Shown here piece by piece: positions 23,572-36,369 of a stretch of DNA of 64,000 nucleotides. Every line of letters starts with the position of its first letter. Positions within the stretch are counted from its first letter, which is position 1. The notes under the pieces are model-generated. The model saw only the letters and a program-made list of their open reading frames with translations, had not been told where the DNA came from and did not search any database. The stretch comes from Macrostomum hystrix. Lineage: Eukaryota > Animalia > Platyhelminthes. The translations under genes and the position numbers were made by a program. The DNA is taken from NCBI GenBank assembly GCA_950097015.1, contig CATNEN010000005.1, positions 3,782,001-3,846,000 on the forward strand, given 5' to 3'.

Positions 23572-26500
23572 TCAATTGGCATTATTGTTGCCGTCTTTGG
23601 GCTTCTGCTTCCGACGGCCGATGAATGGCACACGGGAAACAGCTGCTGCGCGCCTCTGCAGCACCTTGCCAATGGCGTCCTTAGTTTTGGCAGCAAAAAA
23701 CGGACTCCAATGCGGACAAATCCCACGGCTTTTGTCGCCTTTAAAAAAAAGTTTCGCAGAGTCGTCGAGAAATTCTTTGCATGCATCGCCGCCCATGGGT
23801 GGTAGCAACCAAGCTAACTTAGCGCGAAGCTGAAGGGTGTCGTTGGTTTGGCCTCCCTGTTGCTGTTGCGACCGCATAGTCGAGTAAAAGCTCTCGACAA
23901 TCGCTTCTGGAAGAAAAAGGCGGAAAAATATGTAGATGAAATTCTGATCAAATCTGACTGACTTGCCCAAGGTGACATTAGTTAATTTGTAGATAGCAAC
24001 TGGAATTTGCAACTCACCAGTGCCACCTCGGTGTAGTGCAAAATCAAGTAGTGCACATGTTGCAGGGCCGGCTCGCTGGAAAACGTCTGGGTCGGCATAG
24101 AAAGACGCATAAACTGCTGCTTCGTCCACCACAACAGATAAAAAAATTCACCACCTGCTGTCGAGCCCGATAGATGCAGCAATAACTGACGTGCCAAAGT
24201 GGGTGCTGCTACTTTTAAATCCGTCAGTGGCCCGTTGATGGAAGGCACCAGCCAGCTACTGCGGCCTTCACCCGTGAAAATGACGTGGCGTATAGTGTCC
24301 ACAAAGTTCGCAGCATACCTAAGTTTAGTGGACAAAAAATAAAATTAAATACAATTCGATTTCTGTGGTCTAATGTATTTGTGTAGATAGCAAAGCCCGG
24401 GGTTACCACGAAAGCTAGAGCCGCAAACACTCTTAATGTGGTCCTCGCAAACAAACAGGTAGAACGAATTGTCTATGGGATATTTAGCTGCAACGGTCAA
24501 ATACTAGTTTCTATATAATGAAAGTACAACACATATAAAAGTACAACACATCACCCCCTGATCTCCGGATCACAAGAGATCAAGGTTCGTAACGGACCGG
24601 CGCCGACTTCACCCTATTAGACCGTCGTGGTTCGGCATCCCGCTCGACAGCTCGCTCCACCCCAGGAGGCTGCGGTTGCGTGTCTGGTGCCGGGCGGACG
24701 TCAGCTACGTGACGGGGAAGGCCATCGACCTCCACCGTAGACCCTTGTCCCTGGCCCGTCATGCGTCCCCTAGGCCACTCGTCAGTGCATCTGACGGCCG
24801 GCGGTTTAACAAACACTTCTGTTCCCACTGGCAGGGTGGGGTTTGCCTCCAAGGTCTCCAAGGCCTCCGGGAGAGACACAGTTGGCGGCTTCCAGTCATA
24901 GGTGCGGACCATTCTGCTGGGCACGCTGTCCTTGCGAGTGCCATCCTTTGGAGCCATGTTGTACCAGAACACCATTTCCAGCACGTCCTTTCCGGTTCTG
25001 GCTGCCATCCGCTTAATCGTCCGATGATTGCGCTCGACTATTCCGTTGCCTGACGGCCGGTGAGCGCAACGGAAGAGGAGCTGCACTCCCCAAGCCTCAC
25101 AAAACGCACGGACCTCAGCGGAGCGGAAGGTCGGTGAATTGTCGAGAAGCAGCTGCCAGGGAGGGCCCCGCTCTCGGAACACCTGCACGAGTATCCCGGT
25201 AATTGACGCTGTCCGCTCGTCGGTGAGCCGCTTTCAGAGTTTTGTAGTCCGACTTGCTTTCCTCGTTTAGTGCCTGGTACACGGCGAACGCACCTCCCGA
25301 TAGAAATAGTGGGATGAAAGCAGCCAGGTCATTCACTTTTTGGAGCTTGGCAACGAGTTCGAGCTTCTGTGCCCAGCGCGAAAAATCCTCTTCACCGTCG
25401 TACTGCTTGATTATGTCGCTGAATTTGACTGCGCTTGCCATCGTTGCGTATTGCCGCGATAGCTTGTGGTCTAATGTATTTGTGTAGATAGCAAAGCCCG
25501 GGGTTACCACGAAAGCTAGAGCCGCAAACACTCTTAACGCGGTCCTCGCAAACAAACAGGTAGAACGAATTGTCTATGGGATATTTAGCTGCAACGGTCA
25601 AATACTAGTTTCTATATAATGAAAGTACAACACATATAAAAGTACAACACAATTTCGTTACATTTTTCTGTAGCAAAGTGGTCTTGAAATATGTGATTTC
25701 CAGCCTCACACTAGTTACAGTACCAGTGCATTTATAGTTTTGATTGTGAAGGAGCTCACCTTCGGGCCATGGGAACTTTCAGATGAGCCAGGTGCTTATG
25801 CTTGACTGCCTCGGTCACAAGCCGCTTAAAGGCGGGAGCGCACTGGTCTGCAAACTCTTCTGCTGCAACTTCAGGGTCCCTGCATGCAATGGCACGGATG
25901 ACGGCAGCTGCATCGAAGGAGGCACAATCAGAGGTGCTCGGGTCGCAGCAGCGTTGAATGCGAGCAACCAAGCTGCGGTGAAGTGCCCCGGCAAGCTTCT
26001 GTGTATCACGTGCAATGTCCTGAGGAAGGAGGAAGAAGGATGGAGCTGAATAATGAAGCACAAAGGAGAATATGGTAACTTTGGCAGAGTACATAATATA
26101 ATGATTGCACAAGCTTACCTCCATGTCTCGAGCGCGCCACTGATCCTGGTCAGAGGCAGAGCCAGCAACCGGCTTTTTTACTTTGAGCCAGCCGTCCAGC
26201 AGAGTCACGCCATCAAATGTGCCACCAACGTGCAGATTGTCGATGTGCTCATGCAGCGTGGGGTAGTCCTCACTACGAAACTGCTCTGCACGGACATGGA
26301 GGAACTCAGCTACCAATGGCCATAAGGTAGACACTTTCCAGTGGGGCAGCTGAAGATTCTGCGCAATCTCCATAAGAGCTCTGTGCAAGTGTTATGTGTT
26401 TGGAGTAAGTAGGTAATCAAAAAGTTGATCCCATAGTAATTTTACTACCCACAAGGCATATAAGTCAACTTACTTGATTGGCGCAAAGAGATCCAGGTAG

Positions 26501-29143
26501 CCCAACAAGTCGCACACAAAATCAAATCCGAACATTATGTACGGCTGTGGGTCGTTATCTCTGACTCGTGGTTTCTCGGCTCGAAATGCGGCATGCAGAT
26601 CGCCGTAGCAGCGAAAGATGGTCTGCCATTGGTTCATGGCTGAACTGGTAAAGCGCTGCGAGGCAAATGATGAAATTGCTCCGGCATGGTCCTCGGAAGC
26701 AATCTGTTTTTTTACAAACAAAGAATTTGGAGTAGTTTTATAGCAAACGTATATCTAAAACCCTCGGTAAACTATTCAGTTAGACATTCAGGTTGCATAC
26801 TTACTTCCAAAGCCGAACGGCCACGCCCGTGGCCGAAAAGATGCGGAAACAGGTTTTCCCTGTCAATAAAATCCTGCAACGCCTCTCCGTCGTCACTATC
26901 GCGCACGTCAGTCACGGCCAGGTTTATAAAGTGGGCCGGGTCCCAGTTAATTGGGATCTCATAGTCGGCTCCGGCCTCCTTCAGCTTCTCAAATATTGCC
27001 GTTTTAAAAGGCGCAGTTTGATATTGCCCGTCGGCAATGACGCCCACAAGACGATCAATGGGCAAATCAAAGTTCGCCAGACCTTGAAAAAGCCGCTGCA
27101 CCAGAACGGGGCCGCTGCCGTCCATCTCTTTGGAATAAACGGCCGGGGCGCCACCTGGGATAGCAACGGCGTCACCAGTCTCGCACCTGTTAGGGTTTAT
27201 CCGTTTTAAGGAGGTAGTAAAAGTAATATTTGAGTGGCGGATACTCCTAATGTACATTACTTTTCCTTCTTCCTCCCTACTTACCTGGCCAACACCATAA
27301 CAGCTTGGTTAGTGATGCGACCTGGTGTGCTTTTGTCGCAAGCAATGGCGTAGCAGGGAGGACATCCGGTGGACGGCAGTGGGGTCTGCAGGAACTCAGC
27401 CGTATACTTGTCAGCGGTGACCTCAAACAACGACCACAACTCCTTGTTAAACTCCCTAGTTGGATGCATAGTGGGTGGTAAATTAACAAATAGCGTACAA
27501 AATAACCATAGCTTAGCTAATGGCATACAGATACAAACCACATAATATGGTACATACCGGCCGTGGCCCCGCTGGCCAACTTCAGCGTCCGACCGATAAA
27601 GTATGCTCACGAACGTCTCATAGTGCTTACTAGCTGACGCTGATTCGATATTGGCAACAGAGCAACGCAAAAGGCGCCGAACAGTTCCTGAGACGCGCTT
27701 CTCTTCAATCTTGCGGTCCGCATACTTCTTCATAGCTTTCACATGGCCGACAGCCTCGATACCAGAGAGATGTTTCACTATCTTATAACGAAGCCGGGAG
27801 AATGCCTCGCCACACGCAAGGATTTCAGTCATTTCCAGCTTTGTAATGAGCTGCCCTCGTGCAAGCGTGCCCATCGACTTGGGGTTTCTATAAGAAGTTA
27901 AAGAAATGAAAGTTTATAATAAATAAATGGAAAAGGCCAACTGGATTGTCTTATTGCCTGTTAGATAAAAGTACATACAATGGACTTACAAAGTGCTGTG
28001 CCTCTCCGCAACAGTCAACTTTGGCGAGAAGGCCGTGCCTTCCATTAAAACGTTGTAGCACGGGACACAGTATAAAATTGTGTCCTCACCGCAAGGTGCT
28101 GTGGCGAGCATCTCGTTCTCCAGGAGCTCGGCCATGTTGCTAGCCACAATCGGCGGCACTTTTGGTAAGTTTTGTCCCCGAGAGTTTGAGCTGGAGGTAG
28201 CCTGTGACAGCGCCAAGTCCCGAACAACATTCAGTATAATCGGAAGTTGGGCAAGTTGTCGGGCTGCCTCCGCCATTTTAATTTCCAGCCCAGTGACAAT
28301 TGCCAAAAGATCCCGACCTGACGTGCTTGATGATGCTGTAGATGCAGCCTCAGCAGGACTGGGAAGGATAGGTGAAGCATCAGCAAGCTGCCTAACAAAT
28401 GAGCTGGATCTTTGGTCAACGGCGGATGATTCCAGTACTTCAATGTTTACTACCAGATTTGTCTTTGGTCCCTCAGACTGCTGCTGCTCTGCCTCAGGCT
28501 CAGTGGTCATTGGAACTTCAGGACGTTCAGGTGACTCTTCATCACTGGCACTTTCAACCTCCAGCACCTCATGGCTGACCATGGCCTTTGTGATGCGTTT
28601 TTTTACCTGCTTCTCATTCTCATTGGCAGGCCTGGCAGCAATTAGGTCGCGAACATCAGCATGGTCAGGTCTGCAATATGTTAAAATCTTATTGGCTGGG
28701 TCTTCTTTGTGCCAGCGACTCCGATGAGTTTTTCTGCTACTACCATTGTTTCGATAAATGCGGCAGTTGGACAGTGGAAGCCCTCGCTGAAGGCAATCCA
28801 CACAGTAATGTGGGTCACACACAGTTCCGCGAGGCTTCTTAGTTGGTGGCTCTTCAGTTTGTGCAGATGAAGACGCTGCATGAGACGAACTCAGTGGACG
28901 CTTTGATTTTGCTTGTACTTGCACATTAGCCTGTTGCTGTTGGCGTTGCCGCTGTGCCTGTTGCATGATTGGCATATGGGCCCAAGCACACTCAGCAGCC
29001 TTCGCCTTCTCTACTACTGCCTCTGGCTCTGCCTGGTCAGCCTGGTCCTGTATACTAGCTTGCGAAGCTGCAGCTAGTGGTGTCTCTGTCTCAGACTGAT
29101 TTTCTTCAGAGCCAGAACTTGATGTGCTACTGCTACGAGACAT
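23572..29143 (-). CDS. Intron-rich hAT-superfamily-like (ZNF862/hATx-type) DDE transposase or domesticated derivative, ~1140 aa
   Basis: Exons 29143-27990, 27887-27558, 27455-27285, 27186-26805, 26703-26474, 26380-26119, 26019-25760, 24318-24018 and 23906-23572, all GT-AG with matching phases. The exception is a frame break at an A7 run (~24140-24146). Motifs: N-terminal CxxC...H-x4-H finger, IACDKST, VIADGQY, WDPAH, FASQRF and TEAIVES. Confidence 0.8.
24364..25651 (-). mobile_element. Internally deleted Gypsy-type LTR retrotransposon (1288 bp) in transposase intron 7
   Basis: 187-bp LTRs at 24364-24550 and 25465-25651 (TG...CA, 2 differences) and TSD ATTTC on both sides. PPT-like GGAGATCAGGGGGTGA. 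The gag N-terminus (YDGEEDFSRWAQKLELVAKLQ) is joined out of frame to the integrase C-half (LLLDNSPTF...SGNGIVERNHRTIK). Confidence 0.95.
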
Positions 29144-29299
29144 TATAGAGATTAATTTTGGCACAATAAATCAAAAAGCAAATGCTGAATAGCTGAATTT
29201 AGCTGAAAGACAAGTTAATTTTTTTGGCAATCAGCATTTAATTTTGTATTATTAGTTATGACCAAATCTAATCAATAAGTAAGCATAAACCTACTCAGT

Positions 29300-29475
29300 A
29301 TGGAGCAAGTCTGACCATTTTGCTGACTCCTGAGCATATCCACACACTAATACTGTACTCAGGGTCAGGCATATGCTTACACAGGTGTGTACATCTGCCC
29401 TGACTTTCTCATTGCCAGGCAGTAGGCCCTACAGCTTAGAAATTGACCCTCAAGGGTGTAAATTTCATAGCAAGT
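29300..29475 (-). mobile_element. SINE family A, degenerate body fragment
   Basis: TGCTGACTCCTGAGCA...ACAGGTGTGTACATCTGCCCTGACTTTCTCAT. Confidence 0.7.
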
Positions 29476-29965
29476 ACGAGCGTATATTATGCAATAAACC
29501 TGGTATAAGGACTGCTTTATCATTTCAGAATTCAATAGGTTGTACATGTGAAATTCACTTTGTAATTTTTTGCTAGCTCATAGATAATATATATTTAGTT
29601 TTTATTACTTTTATTGTAACTAATATATGATAGCCTAAATCAATTATAATAATAATTGTAGCAGCATAGTGCTCAATTTTATTTTAGTAGCCTAAAGAAA
29701 TTCAATTGGTGCTCAAAAACTAATTAATATAAAACTAAAAGAATAGATTGTACTTTAAATATTTTTTATGAAAATTCTTCCAATAAAACAAATGTAAATC
29801 CACAAACAGTATAAAAGGAGAGCCAGTTTTATAATAAAATACAACTTGCCAGTGAGCCTAGGAATAAAGGCAAAAACTGAAGACAATCTTTAAAATAGTA
29901 AAATTGTTGTGTTATTCATTTTAAGAAGGAGCTTGTGCTCATTGCATATAGAGAAGAGCAGATGT

Positions 29966-30236
29966 TGTGACCCTGTGAATCCTGGATAAACGCCCAGTAA
30001 AGACTAGAGAATAAGAGACCAGTGCCTTAGAAGGATAAACCGCCCATGCCAAGTGCAAGCGCTACCTTAAGCAGTCCCACAAAGTACGGTTTTTGGAGTT
30101 AAAATGGCCCTTTTAAGGGCCACCAGATAAGGCGTAAGGAATAACACGCAGAACTAGAGGGAGAAAGAAGTAGCAATATTGGTCCGAGTGATACACTACC
30201 AAGAGACAGGAAGATAGAGTGTTAAGCCCTGTTACA
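29966..30236. mobile_element. Candidate solo LTR just upstream of SPR
   Basis: Termini TGTGAC...GTTACA and a GC-richer block; no TSD found. Confidence 0.35.
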
Positions 30237-30301
30237 TAATTATTTGATGTTCTTTTTTTGTTTACAGATACATAGTTTTCAACTCCTGGAACAAATAAAC
30301 A

Positions 30302-33300
30302 ATGGCCCTACCTCTGCCAATGAAAAGCCGACCTGGCCTGTACATCATTACTGGTGCCAATAGAGGATTTGGGCGCACATTGGCCCTGACACTAGCTGAG
30401 GATGCTGCTCCAGGCTCGCGTTTCATTCTGATTGGTCGAAACGCTGATGGCTTGGCCTCTGTGGCTGCAGCTATTGGCGAATCGCGCGAGGCTAATGAAA
30501 TCGAAACCTTCTGCGTCAGTTTGGACCTGGGTTCGGCTAATTTTGATCAGATTTCTGTAGCCCTTAAAGAGGCTGCAGAGAATCCGCTGCTAGGCACTTG
30601 TGAGTTGATTGAATGATTCGGATTAATACAATCATCTAGCCTATGAACCGATTTGAGCTAATCACTAATCTTTATACTAGAGTCTAATGAACAAATTTTA
30701 GCTTTTTATGGAGTGGAATAGCATTTTTTGTAGGGAGTGAAAGGCTAATCTTTGTAGCGAGTGGAATAGCAGATTTGGGAGTGGAACGATAGTCTTTGTA
30801 GGGATTGGAATAGTTGATCATTGTTAGGAGTGAAAGGCTAGTCTATGTGGGGAGTGGAAGGCTAATCTTTGTAGGAAGGCTAGTCTTTGTACCGGGTATG
30901 GCTGATCATTGTTGGGAGTGGAACGCAGGTCTATATAGGGATTGGAAGGATAATCTTTGTAGGGGTGAAAGTCTAGTCTTTGCGGCGAGTGGAATGGCGG
31001 ATCACTGTAGGGAGTGGAAGGCTAGTCTTTGTAGCGAGTATGGCTGATCATTGTTGGGAGTGGAAGGCTAGTCTTTGTAGGCAGTGGAAAGCTTGTCTTT
31101 GTAGCGAGTGAAATGACTGATCTTTATTGGGAGTAGAAGGCTAGTCTTTGTAGCGAGTATGGCTGATCATTGTTGGGAGTGGAAGGCTAGTCTTTGTAGG
31201 CAGTGGAAAGCTTGTCTTTGTAGCGAGTGGAATGGCTGATCTTTATTGGGAGAGAAAGGCTAGTCTTTGTTGCGAGTGGAATGGCTGATCTTTATTGGGA
31301 GAGGAAGTCTAGTCTTTGTTGGGAGAGAAGGCTAATCTTTGTAGGGAGCTTAAATGTAATCCCTCAAAAAATAGAATAATCTTTATGCACCACAACAACG
31401 CAAATGTGCTGGTACTATTCACAGACGAAACGCCATTCGGCCTATTAATTCACAATGCTGGAACACTTGGTGATTTCGGACGCCTATCGGACAATCTAAC
31501 CGACAAAGATGTACTTGATCAACACTGGAGCATCAACATGACCTCTGTACTGCTGCTAAATGCATACTTTCTGAAGCTGCCAATTGTTAGCCAATGGTGG
31601 CTAGTGAATGTTAGCTCTTTGTGCGCTTTGCAACCGTTTAAGACTCTGGCGGTGTACTGTTCCAGTAAGGCGGCCAGGTTAATGCTATTTCGCACTCTAG
31701 CTGCGGAGAGGTAAAACATCTTCCAAGTTATGGAATGCCTGTTGGATCTAAATGAAATATATCGGGAGAAAATCGAGAATTGATTATGGGACAAAAATTT
31801 GATTGTCAGAATAGGGATTTGTGGGAATGAAATTTGATTCTTATTTATGGGATTATGGGATTAGGATTGGATTAATAGACTTCAGATTATGGGATTGGGA
31901 ATAGATTCTTAGAATTGGGATTATGGGATTGGGATTAGATCTTAGAATAGGGATTTTGGTATTGGGATTACATTCTTAGAATTGGGATTATGGGATTGGG
32001 ATTACATTCTTAGAGTTGGGATTTTGGTATTGGGATTAGATTCTTAGAATTGGGATTATGGGATTAAGATTAGAGTCTTAGAATTGGGATTATGGGATTG
32101 GGATTAGATTCTTAGAATTGGGATTATGGGATTAAGATTAGAGTCTTAGAATTGGGATTATGGGATTGGGATTCGATTCTTAGAATTGGGATTATGGGAT
32201 TGGGAATAGATTCTTAAAATTGGGATTATGGGATTAGGATTAGATTCTTAAAATTGGGATTATGGGATTAGGATTAGATTCTCAGAATTGGGATTTTGGT
32301 ATTGGGATTAGATTCTTAGAATTATGATTATGGGATTGGGATTAGATTCTTAGAATTTGAATTATAGTTTAAGGGTTGGGATTAGATCGTTTGGATTTAA
32401 AGGCTTAGCATTAAGAATATAGATTAGACTCTGGAGACGAAATTCTTTGGATTTGAATTAGAACCGTTCGATGGGATCTGTAGGCCTAGTTTAGGAACTG
32501 AAAATAGCTTTTATTTGAGACTTAAAGCTATCATTAAGACATAAGAAATCAACTAAAACGCTTTAGCCTTGGTTTCCTCTCACCAAGAGGATTTTATTCG
32601 AATTTCATAGTAGAAGAGGAAGTTATTTCCCTGATTTTCGCGTTCTTAAGCAATAAAAATAAGATAACTGCTTCTCAACATAAGAGTAGCTGCTTTTCAT
32701 AATACTTCTCTAATCATTTACTCCTCCCAGTCCCAATTCCGATCGTATAAATCCTAATTCCAAGAGTCTAATCGAATCTCTATTCTAGGAATCGTAATCC
32801 CAGTTCTCAGAATCGAATCCCAGTTCTCAGAATCGAATCCCATTTCTCAGAATCGAATCCCAGTTGTCAGAATCGAATCCCAGTTCTCAGAAACGAATCC
32901 CAATTCTCAGAATCGAATCCCAGTTGTCAGAATCGAATCCCAGTTCTCAGAATCGAATCCCAGTTTTCAGAATCGAATCCCAGTTCTCAGAATCGAATCC
33001 CAGTTCTCAGAATCGAATCCCAGTTGTCAGATTCGAATCCCAGTTCTCAGAATCGAATCCCAGTTGTCAGAATCGAATCCCAGTTCTCAGAATCGAATCC
33101 CAGTTCTCAGAATCGAATCCCAATTCTCTGAATCGAATCCCAGTTCTCAGAATCGAATCCCAGTTCTCAGAATCGAATCCCATTTCTCAGAATCGAATCC
33201 CAGTTCTCAGAATCGAATCCCAGTTCTCAGAATCGAATCCCAGTTCTCAGAATCGAATCCCAGTTCTCAGAATCGAATCCCATTTCTCAGAATCGAATCC

Positions 33301-34729
33301 CAGTTGTCAGAATCGAATCCCAGTTCTCAGAAACGAATCCCAGTTGTCAGAATCGAATCCCAATTCTCAGAATCGAATCCCAGTTGTCAGAATCGAATCC
33401 CAGTTCTCAGAATCGAATCCCAGTTGTCAGAATCGAATCCCAATTCTCAGAATCGAATCCCAATTCTCAGAATCGAATCCCAGTTGTCAGAATCGAATCC
33501 CAGTTGTCAGAATCGAATCCCAGTTCTCAGAATCGAATCCCAGTTGTCAGAATCAAATCCCAATTCTCAGAATTATATCCCAGTTGTCAGAATCGAATCC
33601 CAGTTCTCAGAATCGAATCCCAGTTCTCAGAATCGAATCCCAGTTGTCAGAATCGAATCCCAGTTCTCAGAATCGAATCCCAGTTTTCAGAATCGAATCC
33701 CAGTTGTCAGAATCAAATCTCTGTTATCAGAATCGAATCCCAGTTCTCAGAATCGAATCCCAGTTGTCAGAATCGAATCCCAGTTGTCAGAATCGAATCC
33801 CAGTTCTCAGAAACGAATCCCAGTTGTCAGAATCGAATCCCAGTTCTCAGAATCGAATTCCAGTTGTCAGAATCGAATCCCAGTTCTCAGAATCGAATCC
33901 CAGTTGTCAGAATCGAATCCCAGTTGTCAGAATCAAATCCCAGTTGTCAGAATCAAATCCCAGTTCTCAGAATCGAATCCCAGTTGTCAGAATCGAATCC
34001 CAGTTGTCAGAATCAAATCCCAGTTGTCAGAATCAAATCCCAGTTCTCAGAATCGAATCCCAGTTGTCAGAATCGAATCCCAGTTGTCAGAATCAAATCC
34101 CAATTCTCAGAATCGAATCCCAGTTGTCAGAATCGAATCCCAGTTCTCAGAATCGAATCCCAGTTTTCAGAATCGAATCCCAGTTGTCAGAATCAAATCT
34201 CTGTTATCAGAATCGAATCCCAGTTCTCAGAATCGAATCCCAGTTGTCAGAATCGAATCCCAGTTGTCAGAATCGAATCCCAGTTTTCAGAATCGAATCC
34301 CATTTGTCAGAATCAAATCTCTGTTATCAGAATCTAGTCTCAGTTTTCTAAATAAGTATATTTGTATTAAAATTCTATAAATAGAATATCAAATACTCAA
34401 AGATTATATTTTTGTCTTTCTTGAATTTCTGTTCAAGGCCAGACCTGACTATACTTAGCTTCGGCCCGGGTCCATTGAACACAGACATGCAGTCCCAGCT
34501 TAGGCAGGACACGGCTGATCCTGAGGCTCGTTTAATGTGGCAAGAGATGCAGTCGAATCTGCTGCCGACCGCACAGTCGGCAATGACCCTTGTCCGCCTG
34601 TTGCGCAGAGGCGGCTACGCCACCGGATCTGAGCATCAGCAGGTGGACGTCTACGATGTGATGGACGAGCTGCTGCAGCCGCCGACACCGCCAACGCCGA
34701 CAACTTCTCTTGAAGAGACGGTCGATTGA
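30302..34729 (+). CDS. SPR: Sepiapterin reductase (SDR family), ~291 aa
   Basis: Exons 30302-30599, 31425-31710 and 34438-34729, phases consistent. Motifs TGANRGFG, LIHNAGTLG, VNVSSLCALQPF, YCSSKAAR, LSFGPGPLNTDMQ and VDVYD. Confidence 0.92.
30690..31345. repeat. Degenerate G-rich tandem repeat filling SPR intron 1
   Basis: Recurrent GGCTAGTCTTTGTAGCGAGTGGAA / GGCTGATCATTGTTGGGAGTGGAA units. Confidence 0.85.
31800..32390. repeat. GGGATT-type minisatellite at the 5' end of SPR intron 2
   Basis: Unit ~TGGGATTAGATTCTTAGAATTGGGATTA. Confidence 0.9.
32780..34340. repeat. 20-bp minisatellite (CAGTTCTCAGAATCGAATCC), ~75-80 copies, at the 3' end of SPR intron 2
   Basis: Directly visible; it explains the three overlapping pseudo-ORFs at 32864-34380. 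Confidence 0.97.
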
Positions 34730-36146
34730 ATGATTGTGGAAGACTTTAAATCCATGAGCTATTAAAATAATTTATTCTCGGTAGAAATTTTCTATTGTAT
34801 AATATTTTTTCGTCGATAAACTATTGATTGATTATCAATTGACTTGAGATAAAATAATATAGATTTACCATCAATGAGTTTTGAACTTCCGTAAGTTATT
34901 TCTATGAATGATTTATTTATTTTCGAATAATTGCTAATCTTTCGTTTTAAAAAAATGTTTAATAAGTAATTTTTTATCAACTTGATTCATTTTAATACTA
35001 TTTCTCGACAAGAATTATATAATTCCTTTCATAAAAACAAATATCCTGATCATACGTTAGCTTATTATATTCCGTGTAGTAACCAGTAGTAATTTATGCG
35101 CGTAGACCGTATTATTTATTTTATTTAGTTTTTCATCGACCTACATCGTTTACATTTTTAAGTCAGTTTAATTAAACCATTTCCAGTTTAGATCGATATT
35201 TATTTCCTGCTTAGTAATAACAATGTAATACTAGTGCTTTGTATTGCTTTGTCTTTTGTCCTTGTGTGGTTTAACTATAATAATTTACAAATTTTATAAC
35301 TATTTTACAAAATCAAAGTGCAAACTAGCAGTTGTATTGCTTTTCTATCGTACTACGTGCATTATGCTTTCGCTAATTTTTTTGCTATATCATTTCTTAT
35401 TTTTTAGTCATCAGAATTTCTTTCTTCTTGATAATTTCTTCTTAAATTTGTGTTTACTTTTTTCAGTTCCTTTGGAAACAGCGGACATAATTTGTGTTCG
35501 GACTTCAATTATGTACATTATATTAATTAATTCCCGTGGTTACACATATTTATTAAATCCGTTGGGTACATGATTTGATTTACCTAGATATAGAGTTTCC
35601 ATGGTGTGTTGTATTTAGTTTTATTTATAGTCATCGACCGGTGCAATGGGATGAAGTTTGCACGCTTTTACGCTAGTTCTTGTTTTAAACATGCAATACA
35701 TTTTATGCACCAGATATTTTTTAATGCTTTGATGGTGGTTTTGTTTTTGTTTTTATCGACTTTTTCTATCAATAAATAAAAATCAGTTTAGTTTCATCTG
35801 GTTATTTAACCATGGATTACAGATAAAACCCTTATCCAAAAAAAGTTTTCGTCACTTTTTGTATCTATTTTTTTAATTGAACGTATTAAACACAAATCAT
35901 ATGTTTATGTTTTAGGCAGATAAACAGACAGTTATAATTTCAATTTCAATTTCAAAGTTTTTTCAATACACAGTTATTTTTAACTCGCTATATAAAGATA
36001 AGTTATGGAAGTAAGTTTAAAAGAAAACTATTTACTAAGAATTGTGTAGATTAGACTTTTCAGATAAAGAAAAGTGTATCTGTCGGACTTCATTTTTATA
36101 AGGAAGAAGTAACTTTATAAGAAGAAAATTATTTCGAGCATACTAA

Positions 36147-36365
36147 TCAACAATGCTTACTTTGATAAATAATAGCACTGTCCTTAGTCATTGCCTGCTG
36201 ATCACTCTTTACGCATACGCGATCCTCCACTTCTGCGGGCTCTCTGCTTCTTTCCATTTCTTCGGCGGGTCTTCTGGATAGGCTATCAGCATTCTGATGA
36301 GAACTGCCTTTCCTATGTTCGACATCAAATTGGAATTCATTCAATCGTTCTATCCATCTACCTAA
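36147..36365 (-). mobile_element. Gypsy pol fragment (RNase H C-terminus)
   Basis: LGRWIERLNEFQFDVEHRKGSSHQNADSLSRRP. Confidence 0.85.
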
Positions 36366-36369
36366 TCAA

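Noticed and set aside
31800-32390. Interstitial telomeric repeat
   Set aside because: GGGATT is the mirror image of TTAGGG, not a permutation or complement of it; no TTAGGG runs are present.
32864-34380. Three long overlapping ORFs (495, 438 and 317 aa)
   Set aside because: Stop-free translation of a 20-bp minisatellite inside SPR intron 2; no unique coding content.
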